Shown here piece after piece: positions 11,788 through 24,303 of a DNA stretch of 64,000 nucleotides (positions are counted from its first letter, which is position 1; every line of letters begins with the position of its first letter). The DNA is from Balanoglossus misakiensis (taxonomy: Eukaryota > Animalia > Hemichordata). A program made the position numbers and the translations under genes. The DNA lies in assembly GCA_040954595.2 (NCBI GenBank), contig CM082586.2, forward strand, positions 1,927,124 through 1,991,123, in the 5' to 3' direction. The notes under the pieces were generated by a model. The model did no database searches. It worked only from the letters and a program-made list of their open reading frames with translations, and was not told the DNA's origin.

Positions 11788-14119
11788 CTTTCTTTGGTGT
11801 TACTGAAAATAACAACAAAATACTTCAATAGACATAAAGATGCAATTACATCAGATTAAAGATATGAAGAGAAGACATGAACACCATGTTAATAATTTCA
11901 AAGAGTTTGGAATTATTACTTTGGCGAAACTTAATAGTTTGTTTAAATTCTCTTTTTGCCTTTCTGTACTGGATGACCACAACCTGAAGGAAGTTTATAA
12001 AACATGTGTTGACGTCTGCATTGTTAAGTAAATTTCCTCCAAGTTTCCTAACAAAAGCATGGCTTTATGTTTGTAATTGATTTCATTGTTTCCTGATCAG
12101 TTTGCAGTATGGTCCCTAACAGTGCAAGTAATCGTTATGTTAATGAGTTTGCGTTGTTTTCTAAATATTAAAGGGACTGGGTAGTGGCCACTATTAACAG
12201 ATCAGCGGTCTTCTACATTGAAATGGTTGGACTGTCCATGAATGCATTTTTATGTCCAAACCCAGAGATCAATTCAAAAAGCCACAATATTTCTACAAAT
12301 CTATGCAATCTGAACTTTAACACAGTTTCACCTGCATCAGGGCTAACTTTTACGACATACATGTATGTCAGTCTGACCCTTCCTGTAAAGTTTGGGCGAC
12401 AAACACTTCAAAATGGACCTGAGACGAGGTCAGCAGGGCCATGAAACACAATTCATCACAGATCACACCTCTGCAGGTGTTCAGGAATTTTCTAACCAAA
12501 CACTCCCTGTAATTTAAATATTCACTTCGCCAAAATTTATAGTTCTTGAGCAGTTGGTTTTATACCCCTTAGCTTTGTTCATAGCTACTTCACAAGCTTC
12601 TAAAGGGCCAGTTTGTTTGTAAAAGAGAGTCAGTAATTATTGTTCCAGTCAATTTAGTTTTAAGTAGGAGTAGTTCGCTTGCATTCTTATTTGGCACACA
12701 CCACAATAAAACACTATGGGATATAAATTACTCTAGAGTTCATAAAATCATGCAGACTGCACAAAAGTAGATTATAAATGTCGTTTATTATGGTGGATCA
12801 CACTACACCAATATCAAGTAGGGTCTATGTTAGGAATCCAACATTACCATAGAATACAATAGTTAGAGACAGTGACCCAAGATTACAAGGGATGAAAGGG
12901 GGTTAAAATAGTATGACTTATCAGGCAAGTCACAATAACCTATATTTCTGTATATCCTTTGAACACCTGGTTATTTGCATTACCACAAAATATTTCAATA
13001 CACCTTATACTGCTACGAAACGCAGTGGATGTTGTAAAATGCTTATTATGTACCCATTCCTTTCTATAAGTGTTATGCATGACCTTATTATCAGTTGATA
13101 GGCCCTCCATTCAGTGCAATAGAAGGGGTTTGCAGACTGGCGAGGCTGAAAGAAATTGGTGCTCATGATATCAATAACTGGAACTTGAGTGACTGCTGTG
13201 ATTTATGATACATTTCAACCTCAACACCTTTGAATTGATTAACACTTCCACATTTGTATCTCAAACAGATATGGTTCAGAGGAATTTCTATACTGATATG
13301 AATGATGTTCATAAGGTGTATAATGCAATTTGGGGTAATAAAGGGATTATACCTTTCCCCCACAACCTAAATGGCTATGATTTATACAGTGCTCATTTTT
13401 CATTTTTGCCATCCGACTGACTTTATCAAGAGGCTTGCTAAAGGAAAACATATCAAAAAGTCGCCCTACAGTGTAGAACAGTTGATGTGGAAATGAACAT
13501 ATTTGAGATGAAAGGTGTGACCTGAAATGAACCCCACTCTATTCAACTGTCAACATAAACACAAATACAAGGAAGCACAGTAAATTCAACTGTTCTTTTT
13601 ATTATTATTGCCATAAAATATGTGTACGTCGAGCCATGGAAGCATAATGCAGTTGTCGAGTCATCATATCAGGTGATTGGTAATCGGGCGATACTTCCTG
13701 ATACTGATTGCCTACTATTTGCATGTTCAGGGACAAGCGATGATTCACACATAATGTAACGCCCATTTACAACATACTATAACATAGTATACGTTAGAAG
13801 ACATGAACTTTTCAAGGTTTGCACAAAATACTACGGCCTCTGTCAGGACATCTCTCTTCGTTCACGATACACGGTTAATTGGTTTCAAAAAATGACAAGG
13901 TTGAGAAATATACATGTAATTGATTTAATTTTCAATCTCTGCAGCAGTAAAAGTGCATCATAACAAGCTGATATTGTAAAGCACTTTCATGTTTGTAGGA
14001 GAAATGTCACTGCCATTAGTCGCCCAGCAATGGTGACGGGTAACTGCGAACCTCGCGTGCATAGTTTACCGAAAGCACAACTTTAAATGCGCGACGAGAA
14101 ATAAATATGAAAACTTCTG

Positions 14120-14410
14120 TGCGTCGCCATTTTGTTTGACTCATGCCTTCTGTCGCTGTATTAATGCTCACAGCGACGTCAAAAAACAAATTCGGAACTG
14201 AAATGCTTGCGGATTCCAGCCCGGTTCCATGGCAACTTGGTACTGAATAGGTACCTACCGGATGCAAGGTACTTTCTTGGAATAATCTTCAAATTTCTTG
14301 TCTGAATCGGATTCTGGGCGCGTCCTCTTCGTGAACCGGGAAGTGGGAGTGGGCCGCCGGAAGTGTTCGCAAGCTTCCGTATATGGAACTGCATTGTGGG
14401 TAAAAGTTTT
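14120..14410 (-). promoter_or_regulatory. CAP housekeeping-type promoter
   Basis: ETS/GABP CCGGAAGTG 14357-14365; CArG-like CCGTATATGG 14377-14386; ZNF143/Staf-like TTTACCCACAATGCA (minus) 14390-14404; RFX X-box GTTCCATGGCAAC 14224-14236; YY1-like CGCCATTTT 14125-14133; local CpG enrichment. Confidence 0.7.
14259..14330 (-). other. Probable non-coding first exon of CAP
   Basis: CpG-rich segment ending in a CCG|GTAGGT donor at 14258, ~2.45 kb upstream of the acceptor at 11803; the 5' boundary is approximate. Confidence 0.6.
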
Positions 14411-15339
14411 TTCTTCCACCTGCGCTTTGCGAATATTCAAATGCTGGCAAGCGCAATCATTAGCATGAAATCCATATACTCTGTCTATGCCATTTGTTAA
14501 TAATAAGCCTTATTTTTATTAAACGTATCGTATGATTTATGTATTGTCAGGGAAACTGCTACTTTGACGTCTCCATTCCCTAATACACCTGCAGAATCAC
14601 TTTTGACAAAACAAAAGAGCATCGTGGAGAAGGAAATTGGAAAATAGATTATAGAATAGGCTAGCAGCACTTATTTATTTCTTTTTGAAAAGAAAAAAAT
14701 GTAGGGTTCTGACACAAATTCCGGTTCATTTCACTTTTTTTCTCTTGCTATTTTAATTTTTGCCAGACGTCTGGCATGATGACCATTCTTTCAAAAGTGG
14801 TTTTTCGTTTCAGATTTGGTAGGGAGACTAGAGAAAGGGGTGACAGGAATGAGGGAGGGGCTGGGGAAAACATTAACTGTAGATTGGATTATTATTCGGC
14901 TGATTGAATGGGAGAGTATAAACATATAAAGCTCGGACAAAAGTGGTTGTCTGAACTGAACATGGGTACGTCAACAACAAATTTTAAGACATGGTTTTCT
15001 CATTTATCGTTGCTCAGATATGAACTACTATACTGAGTCTCACCACTTGAACAATTACAAGTGTTTATATTTACAAACATTTACAGCTTTATTGCATTTT
15101 CAGCTGTAATTATTGAAGTCAACATGCATTGCAACCTCTCGTCACCCCCACACACATACACACACACAACACAGCACAAAATATTTTGGAAATTTTAACC
15201 TGTATCTTTATTGCCTTAAATTATGGTAAGTACAAGGTTTGAAAGGTAATTTGCATAATTGTAGCGATGAAATTCTTATTAATATTGTACATGACTATGA
15301 CTTGATACAGTATAAAACTAGACAATAGTACTTCTACAA

Positions 15340-15392
15340 TATAATTATAATTAATAATAATAATAATAATAATTAATTAGTAATAATATAAT
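15340..15392. repeat. (TAA)n-rich simple repeat
   Basis: ttaataataataataataataat directly visible. Confidence 0.85.
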
Positions 15393-16460
15393 GTAATTCC
15401 CTTTAGGAATAGTCCTTGAAGTTTTAATACTTTATTCCCTAGGACCTAAGCTCTGGAATAGAATTGTGTAACAATGTTGCCAATCTACATGAGACTCTCT
15501 AGCCTACTCTCAATTACTACAGTGACCCCTAGGCTAATGCCTTTTTGCAAAACAACTATCCAGCTCTTTCAAAAGTAAAACTTTTTTTTCCATGTTTCGA
15601 AGTACAACCATTGAATGATGTAATACGTCCCAGAAAATGATGGTCACATGATAAAATACAACAGCACCAAGTTAAGTAGAATATAAACCCATGTATTTTA
15701 CGTCGATAAGCAAAAGCCTCAATGCAGTACTTTGTTTCTCATCCGAGACACAATGATGCTTTACTGCTTAAAGACGTAAACAGTGGCGCTAGTTTTCCAG
15801 CACTGCAGTCAAACCAATTTTCTCATTTTAATTCCGTCCATCTTTCAGGTGGTGTGGCTAATTTCACATGTACGCAAGCCACAGCACTGAAAGATGCCAC
15901 TTTTCAAACCAAACTTTATGTTTAAATAGCACACTTTGAGAATATGTATGTACACAGAAGCTCACATAAACAAGGGCTTTTATGAAATGAACCAGGAATG
16001 CAAATTTTACCAAGTATGTTTTGATATAAATCGCTAGCTTTCTTGCAGTGCTGGAAAAAAAAAACCTTCCACTCAGGGCTCACACCAGGTAAAGGTGTGT
16101 TTTCGTTACCGATATGCCAATGTCCATCATTTGAAATAAAATATCAATGTTTTGCAGACCATCCCTCAAATATACAGCATTGTTGTGCTTTTAATTAATA
16201 AGTTCTCTTCCACATGGACGGATTATGACTTAATTCATGCCGTTGGAGTGCATAATTGTGATTGAGTATTTCGTTCTCTCGACGTCATCTGAAAAGCTGG
16301 GTAAATCTGAGCTTCCCAAAGTGCACTGAACATAAAAGAAGATGAGAGAAATGGAAAGATATAGTCTAGAATCTCTCTCTGCGATGTCTGACTCTGCTAA
16401 CCGAATTTCCCAGATAGCCCAGTAGGTTCAGCAATGAAGTTGTACAAGGAATGGCATATT

Positions 16461-16590
16461 TGTATACGAAAGAACTCCATTTTGAAAAGTGATGTCACTT
16501 CCTGTTGAATGGATGTGATGTATATGAAAGAACTCCATTTTAAAAAGTGATGTCACTTCCTGTTGAATGGATGTGATGTTACTTCCTCTG
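16461..16590. repeat. 58-bp tandem duplication (~2.2 copies)
   Basis: GAAAGAACTCCATTTT(G/A)AAAAGTGATGTCACTTCCTGTTGAATGGATGTGATGT starting at 16468 and at 16526. Confidence 0.9.
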
Positions 16591-16884
16591 AACAGTCTCT
16601 CTGGATGTTTCTTTCACATTTTAAATTCACCATTTTTTTTTTCATAACTGAACAGACGGTTATCTAGGCAATTTCAGTCATCGCAAATCAGAAAATAAAT
16701 CGTAAGAATAGATTCTTAACTAGGAAAGATGCTAAATTGAAGTAGGGACAAAAAGGCATATACAATTCTGGAAAGACAATGGCTACATACATTTAGTAAT
16801 CTCTTTTTGCTTCTTACTCGAATAGTAACTTCAATTACTGAATTGATTTCATGAGAGGTAGAGAATTAATTACAATAATTAAGA

Positions 16885-16977
16885 CTAACCCTTCCACCCC
16901 CCTGGTTTGGTCCGACTCCATTGTTTTCAATGGCAAATCCGGACCAGTATAAGGAAAACGGGGGGTGAAGGGGTTAC
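16885..16977. mobile_element. Diverged, inverted copy of the same MITE family
   Basis: cTAACCCTTCCACCCC...GGGGTGAAGGGGTTAc; the internal TGGTTTGGTCCGACTCCATTGTTTTCAATGG resembles the reverse complement of copy 2. Confidence 0.65.
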
Positions 16978-19137
16978 AGAAAAGTCTGCAGTATAGCCAA
17001 CAGACAAATGAAAAAAGATCACCTTGCAGAACATTCTTAAATTATGAAATAAATGTATCTTACAATAAAATCTACACATGCATAAAAAGTCTCCCAATTT
17101 GCAACTTTTTGAAAAGTAATAAGTTTATCCTGTTGCATTCCATTTAATTAATATTCAAAAAAATATTGTATATAACCAGAATTCTAGACAACTGTCACTG
17201 TATATATGTTACAGAGACTGTCCAGAAATGGTGTAGTTTGAATGGGGAATATACAGCGAAGCTGACAGAAAAGAAAATAGAAAATATCCTAAGGAAAGTA
17301 ATCTCAGTTATAAGACTTCTCTTCTAGATGCATGCATCTCTTTGGTTTGAAACATTTTTCTTGTAAAAGTTCATATTAACTTAGCGTATTGATCATATAA
17401 CCAAGACAATGAGAGACAGACCATGTAATCTTCCCTAACCTGTGAAATACTAGTGTACTCCCCACCCTCCAGAAAGTTAAATTTCAACTTTTTTTCTTTC
17501 TAAATATGCTTTATACTTCCAGCTAATTAAAATGAGACTGAAATGTGCTGTATTTTTTTTCTCTCTCTCAGTAAAGTGACTAGAAAATAACTATTCTACA
17601 AGCCTCAATGCCAGCTCATCAGAGACGTGGTAGTCCGATACGTTGCATGCTATTGGTTGCTATTTATAGGAATGATGTCAGACTATGAAAAGCTGAAACA
17701 AAGGTACCTATTGGATCACCTAAACAATTAATGACATCGCAAGTAACATCCATTTCTTGGCAGATTAAAAATCACAGAACTGTGATATAATTAATGAACT
17801 CTAAACAAAAAGGGTTGCTATCACAACTTCTGATAAACTGGCATTCAGGCAAAAATTACTACTTTTTTTAATATAGCATGCTGCATAATGTATGTACGTA
17901 ATGCTTTTTTTCTTCAAGATAACCTGCCAGTATTAAATTTACAAATCTCAGTATTCAGTATATTACTTCCACCTGATTGGAGAAATAAGTTTCCCACACT
18001 ATCATCATTATTTATGTACTGTAATATCTCCTTTTGTTATCCCCAGTAACGGGTTTTTATTTTCCTGTCCGCTGGTAATTAAATTGAATTTTATATTTTT
18101 CCTAATAATAATGGACGGGATGATAACATTATTATTATTAATGATGGTGGTTATCTATTCTTATCTCATTGTATCCAAGCTACAACTTTTTTTCTACATT
18201 TTTCTACTAAAAATGGCTCTCCATTTGTGTAACTTCCACCTTATGAAAGTTTTGGGTACTGATATTTTCTGTCTTAAATCTTTTTTTGTGTGACTTGCAT
18301 CTTTTTAGGATACATTGAATGTCAATGTCTAAAAGAAAAAAGCTCTTGAATTAGAAGGATCATATCTTTTCTTTTTTATTCCTCTTACGAGACGAAGTAC
18401 CAAAATATACTTCCGTTCCAGTACAACTGTAACATTTCACCCATTTTTTTCTCACCAGACATTTAGTCGGTTTCCCCCAACTCAAGCTAGCTCGTCTTAA
18501 ACTAGCCTCTCACCCCTATACATCCATGCTTTAAAAAATGAACGACCGCTCCCATGGAAATAAGAGGTGAAAGGTCACAGGAGAAATTGAAGCAAGTGGC
18601 TAAACAGTGGTCTGTGTCCTGGCTCCAAACAGAAATGATGGTAAATATTCTCAGAGGCCAAACAAAGGCATATCAAAATATGTTAAAAAGTTTCAATACC
18701 TTTATTTCTTTGCAGCAGTGAATTTAAATAAGTTCACTAAACCTGCGACAGCCCCTTTCTTTTTTATTTACACAAATGGGTTTATAGCTTTCCAACTGGA
18801 ATCTCATAAAAACGATAAAGAAAATGTCTTAATTCACCAGCAGTCCAGACCTCAGTTTACACTGGAAAATTTCTTAATTATATATACAGATTCTTGCATA
18901 GTATATTTGTTTGCTTGCTTGCTTTGCATCGCGTTGCTTTACTGGCTGGCTTTTGAGCTTGGGTTTACTGTTTCAGATCCTCAATAAAATGCTTGGATAA
19001 AAAAATGTGGGCGTTTTTCTCCTGTGAACTTGTAAATACAATTTTTTTTCTCTCCCCTCCCCCTATTTGATCTGCATAGCTATAAAAGCAGGCTTGCAAA
19101 TCAGGTCACCAACAAAGGCATCGGGTTGCCACGGTTA

Positions 19138-19420
19138 TTACTGCATCCTTTCCTGGATCTGTTGCGTCTGTTGATATTGTGGAAAGTGCGCTGTCGTGGC
19201 TGTTGTCAGGGGCTGCTGGACTGCATAGCTGTAGCCGGTGGGTGCTACGTAACCATGGGGATACGGGTACGAGGCTTCGTAACTGGTTCCGTTTGGGTAC
19301 TGGCTGTATGCCGAGTAGTCGATATATGCCTGTGGCGTGGCTGGAGGCGTGTGTGGGGGTACGACGACCTGCTGGGTTGGACTCACGTACGCCGAGGGAT
19401 AGATGTACTGTGGCTGTAAT
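19138..19420 (-). CDS. RBM24: RBM24/38 terminal coding exon 4 (P/Y/Q/A-rich C-terminal region)
   Basis: ttttttgcttgcag|(G)LQPQYIYPSAYVSP...QAYIDYSAYSQYP...YPYP...QQIQERMQ*; the phase-2 acceptor matches exon 3; YIDY..AY.QY and the terminal RMQ are RBM24/38-like. Spliced CDS is 648 nt = 215 aa. Confidence 0.93.
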
Positions 19421-21970
19421 CTGCAAGCAAAAAAGACGAGAGGCATACCTGGTAAGTTTTCAGAAGTCAACTCTAAAATGTAGTGCTGTCAGAAACAAAA
19501 AATGATTAATTAATACTAGTATAGATCCTTATAATGAGAACAATCATTATAATGGCCAACTTTGCACTGTTATCTTTTACAAAACCTCCAGTTTATTATG
19601 AATGTTGTGCCTTCTGAGACAAGCATTTGGAGCTGTCAAAACTGGTGTTTTGTGATTGGTCAGAATATTATGTAAATAAGGTCACAGGAAGGTCAAAGTC
19701 AGCCATTTTGAAATGAGAATCACTTGGAGTATGAGAATGTTCACATCAAACATTTACAAATCCATAAAAACATGGAATAATAAATATTACTTATAATAAA
19801 TGTCAATTTTACAAATTACAGTAAAATTACTTCTACAATGAACAAACATTACACACCACACGCACAACCACGCACACCCCAAACCGATGGATTTGAAGAG
19901 TTAAAAGACAGACTACAATATTTTTTAATAATTAAAAAAGTCAATTACAAAAGCATGCAAATACATCTAGCATGTGAGTGCATTGTAATCCTTATCAATC
20001 AATAGGCGATGTAATTTGAGTTTGTAGAATCATCAAATCTCTACTTCTTCTATAAAACCTTTTAAAAAAAATAGGTATTGGTATTTCTACCTATTAAATT
20101 CTTTTATATTTTATGTTGAGTGATAAAAGCACACTTTTTCAGACTATGCTGTCTCTCTCAGAGCGCCCTCTACTAGGTCTACTGTACATCCGAAAGTTTA
20201 GCAGATGGCTTCATGATTTCAGGAGTTTGGAACAAAACCAACTCTCAAAAAAAAAATCAGGCGAAACGATGTTTCAACACCAGATAACCTCACCATAATT
20301 ATATCTATAACTGACATGGTTCTGTTTATGCAATCTTGTAAAAAATCATCGGGTGTTACCGAGAGACATGTTGTAGTAGTACCAACTAAACATTTACGCT
20401 TTCGAAACCGATTAGCTGTTTGCATTATTTATTATTTCACATCAATTTCACATATTTCATGTCTGAAAGTGACTGCAATGTACCATAAATCAGGCTGCGA
20501 ATGCATGTCCAATGGGTCTGAAGCATGTTTCATTCGGTCCAAGCTGAATGCATAGTTTTCACCATAACACCCCAAACCATTTTTTTGTATTCAGTATTCA
20601 AATCCTTCAATACTGGAAGATTATAATCAAAACCGCCCACGTCGAGTCGTAACCTCAAGACAGGTTGTACATAAAGCAAATACACATTGTATAACCAAAG
20701 AGCAACCGACAGAAAAACTGAACGGACAAATTTGGACTTTTTACAACGTCCTTGCTGATACACACCAGGAAGGAATTCAGCTTGATTTCTTCCACATGCA
20801 GACATGGACCATCGATCATGCCCGGCAGAGAATCCATTAGGATTCTAATGGTTTCCAGTATGTATTTGCCAATGTTCTACATGTCTGCTAATTGTGTTTT
20901 TATGACAGTCATTCGCAATAAAAAAAGTGCTTCAATATTTCTTGAACACACAACACCTGTTTACACGGGCAAATTTCTATGAGGAGTTATAATAAAATAT
21001 TGGTTATTCCCATTATTGTTCAAGCCTGCATTTTAATTGAAAAGACAGTCGGGCCACATGTGGGACGTTTTTAAGGAGGTCCATGTATAAAGAAATGCTT
21101 TGAAACATTCCGCAGTTGCCAGACACTTTCACAAATGATCAGAGAACAAAGGAAAAACTCAACACGTTATTTGTTTTACAAACAAGACATTAATTTACTG
21201 ATATTTACAATTTAAAATGTCTGCCAATCACATGTCAACTCTACAGGGGAAAATAACAATTCTCAATTGTATTCAAGGCTAGTATCCATTCATTGTTTTG
21301 TGAGCAACTCAACATAAATTACAGAAAATAAACATAGTTAGTTAAAATGCTACTGATTAAATTTCCAACTCAAAACTGACAAGGACATGGATTGAACATG
21401 ATCAGCAAAAACGACAAGATCTTTCTGTCAGGGCAGGTGACTTTATCACAAATGTGATTTTCCATACAAGAGATGGGCAGGAAATCGCTGAATTCCAATG
21501 AATTCAGCTGTCTGCAATGGGCCCCATTCAAACTACCCTACATGATGAAATTACATTTCCTGGTGTGGGCCAGGTGCATCTTTTTGAGATAAAAGTACAT
21601 TACAGTGAGTGCCAAGTCTTTATGACAGAAATGTTGTGTATATATGTTTTCCAAGCATAGCAACCCCAGTGGCTTAGGAACAAAATGATTTAATTACACA
21701 GGGTGAGTGGACTTTTTGTTTATTTTCTTATGTATTTTGTGTTATTGTTGTTGTTACTATAAGTTACAGTTATTGGGGATGACTCAGAGATTCTAATCTG
21801 CACTACCAAGTAACCTGAGCCCTGTTTCATTCAATTAAAGTCCTTGAAATAGCTTTTTCAAAAGCCCCAGATGGATCAGGATAAGGAATTTTAAAAATCA
21901 ATTCCACTGTGTCGCAATGATACTCTCTATACTGCACTGGAAGGCAAAAAAAGTTACAGTTATTGTCATT

Positions 21971-22072
21971 TTAACCCTTTCACCCCCAGATCCCTCTATA
22001 GATTAGAGGTCTGTTCAACCTTACCATAGAAAACAATGGGTTTGGACTGAACCATGGTGGTGAAAGGGTTAA
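21971..22072. mobile_element. piggyBac-like MITE, copy 2
   Basis: TTAA-CCCTTTCACCCCCAG...GGGTTTGGACTGAACCATGGTGGTGAAAGGG-TTAA; same TIRs and internal sequence as copy 1. Confidence 0.8.
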
Positions 22073-24232
22073 TAACACATCAAGACCAACTAAAAGTGAC
22101 GTACTGACTGTACCCACACTCTGGCTAATAAGCTATAGCAATGACCATGTAGCCTTTATTCAGATAAGGAATTCCTTTCCTCAAAACCAGACTGACCTGG
22201 GTCTCAAGAATCGAATGATTCTGTACTCAGCGGCTTAATTCAGACAAGTTGTAAACGGAAATATTCTTGCTGGACTTTACATGAATCATTCAAGATGAAT
22301 TTACGAGCTGCAGCATTAATAGTGAAGGTGAACCGGTATTAAAAACTCTGGTCTTCCTCACATCAGCTGAAACCAAATCTCGGTCTTTCACAGATATCTA
22401 TAGCTCCACTCAAACTGAATCAATAACACGATGACTGAAATTCAACCTTTAATAGCACCATTAACGTCAGGCGGAATGGTGGCTGAAACACCAATTTGAA
22501 TTTGTATCGACTATTTGAGCAAATTACCATTTTTTATGATGGAGATTGTTTAAAAACAAATTCTAAGAATAACCATGTGTTATTTCACTTGGAGTTTGGC
22601 CGCTCTGGAGTATGTACACTGCTATTTACAGCCTCGACTGCCCTGCGGTTGACAAATGAGGCTGAAAAGCTGCGCCCGAGAAAAACCTACACCAGCGCTG
22701 GTATAATGGCCGTGACTGCTTCCAGGCATATTAGAAACACATTCCCTGCAGAAACGAGTCGTTCAACTTGATAAAATTTCCAGAGTGCCTTGGGGTACGT
22801 CAGACATATCTCTCGTGCGAGACAAGTCAAGTAAAACTGTGGCTTGTGCAAGGCGAAATACATGTGTCACTCCCTTTAATCGTAAAAATAGAACAGATAC
22901 CGGGTACCACAATGCCATACGTACTGTGACAAACATTCCTTCTGAAGCCAGGGACCAGAAAACACAGCAAATCTGCGCGATATTCACTCCTATAGCCATC
23001 TCCAGAAAGACATCCCGATCATTCAAAATATCCCCCGTTGCATTCTTACTTCTTACTGTTGTACTAATTATAGCAGACAAGCATGTCATATCCAGTGACA
23101 ACAGGCAGGGGGTTTGTATGAACGATGGAAAGAAAATTAAGATGTCATTTCCCCTGCCGATGGATTATATTTGATACACATACATGAAAGTGGGACGTTC
23201 TACATGTCAATGACACAGTAATGTGTTCTTCTGAAAGTTTGATGTGACTTTTGTGATGCAGGAAGAAAAGTTTCCACAAGTTGAACCTGTCTTTACGGAT
23301 ATCTCTGTAATCAAGACAAAACAGCTACGATTTGAATAGAAAGTTACCTCCCTAAAAAATCCTGCACATTCTTAAGTGACCAGAAGAAGTTCTAGACTAC
23401 AGAACTGGAGATCAAAACAACGAGAGAGGATGGAAATAATCAGAATAACTGGCAATAAGACGACCGTAAGAGCAGCAGGTGTAGGAAGGCTGCCATGCCC
23501 AGACATTAAATACAGCTCTACAGTAAGAGTGCCATTAATGGACAATAAATGCCTCTGGCCAACTGCTAACCATTAAACGAAAAATACAAATCACTCAAAT
23601 CAAAGGTTACTCCCCCATAACAAATAGCATCCTTTCTCTGCATTTATTCCACATTTGGCAACGTCCTACAGTACTTGCAATAAAAAATTAGATTATTTTG
23701 CCATGTGGTGGTGGTAGTGCAAATTTTATGTGCAGTTGTGACATGTTCAAGTACTTAGAATTGGGTGTCTGGATGGTTTGACCAGCTTGGCTGGAACTTC
23801 ACTGAATAAATACACTACAGTTGATCTCAATACGATTGTTGAAAATAGGGGTCTCGGAGACATTCTTGATATCGAAGGGGGAGGGGAGTGGTACATCCTG
23901 CTATGTCTGTGTTTTCTGGGTCACTTTTTTTATTTAATTTTTTTTTCTTGATTTAATTGTACATACTATGAAAGCATCAATGGTGACAACCTGCCCCGAG
24001 ACACAATGGGACATTCATTCAATTCCATGAAAAGGACCATCATGTTCACCCACAAAAGTGAAGAAGAAAAAGAAGCAGACCTCTGCAACCTTTCCTGTTG
24101 AACCGAGACCAGGACAACTTTTCTGCTGCAAATGAACTGCAGCGCCTGAACTGCTGAGTTCATTGCAAACTCCCAATTAAGTTCCATCTACTCTTTATTT
24201 GTTTATTTTACAGAAGGTTTTCATTGTCGCCA

Positions 24233-24303
24233 GAGGACACATAACCAAATGAAAATCAAAAAGGCGGTACCTGAGGACACATAACTGAATGAAAATAAAA
24301 AGA
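24233..24303. repeat. Short imperfect tandem duplication (~40 bp)
   Basis: GAGGACACATAAC..AATGAAAAT.AAAAG occurs twice. Confidence 0.75.

Larger units (their letters stand above)
15060..19137 (-). other. RBM24: Probable long 3'UTR of RBM24/38 with several poly(A) signals
   Basis: AU-rich, no coding signal. Minus-strand AATAAA at 18701-18706, 15431-15436, 15207-15212 and 15088-15093; Pumilio elements UGUAHAUA at 18881, 18765, 15947 and 15068. The true 3' end is inferred. Confidence 0.55.

Noticed and set aside
19126-19505. Two plus-strand ORFs (97 and 108 aa)
   Set aside because: Antisense shadows of RBM24 exon 4.
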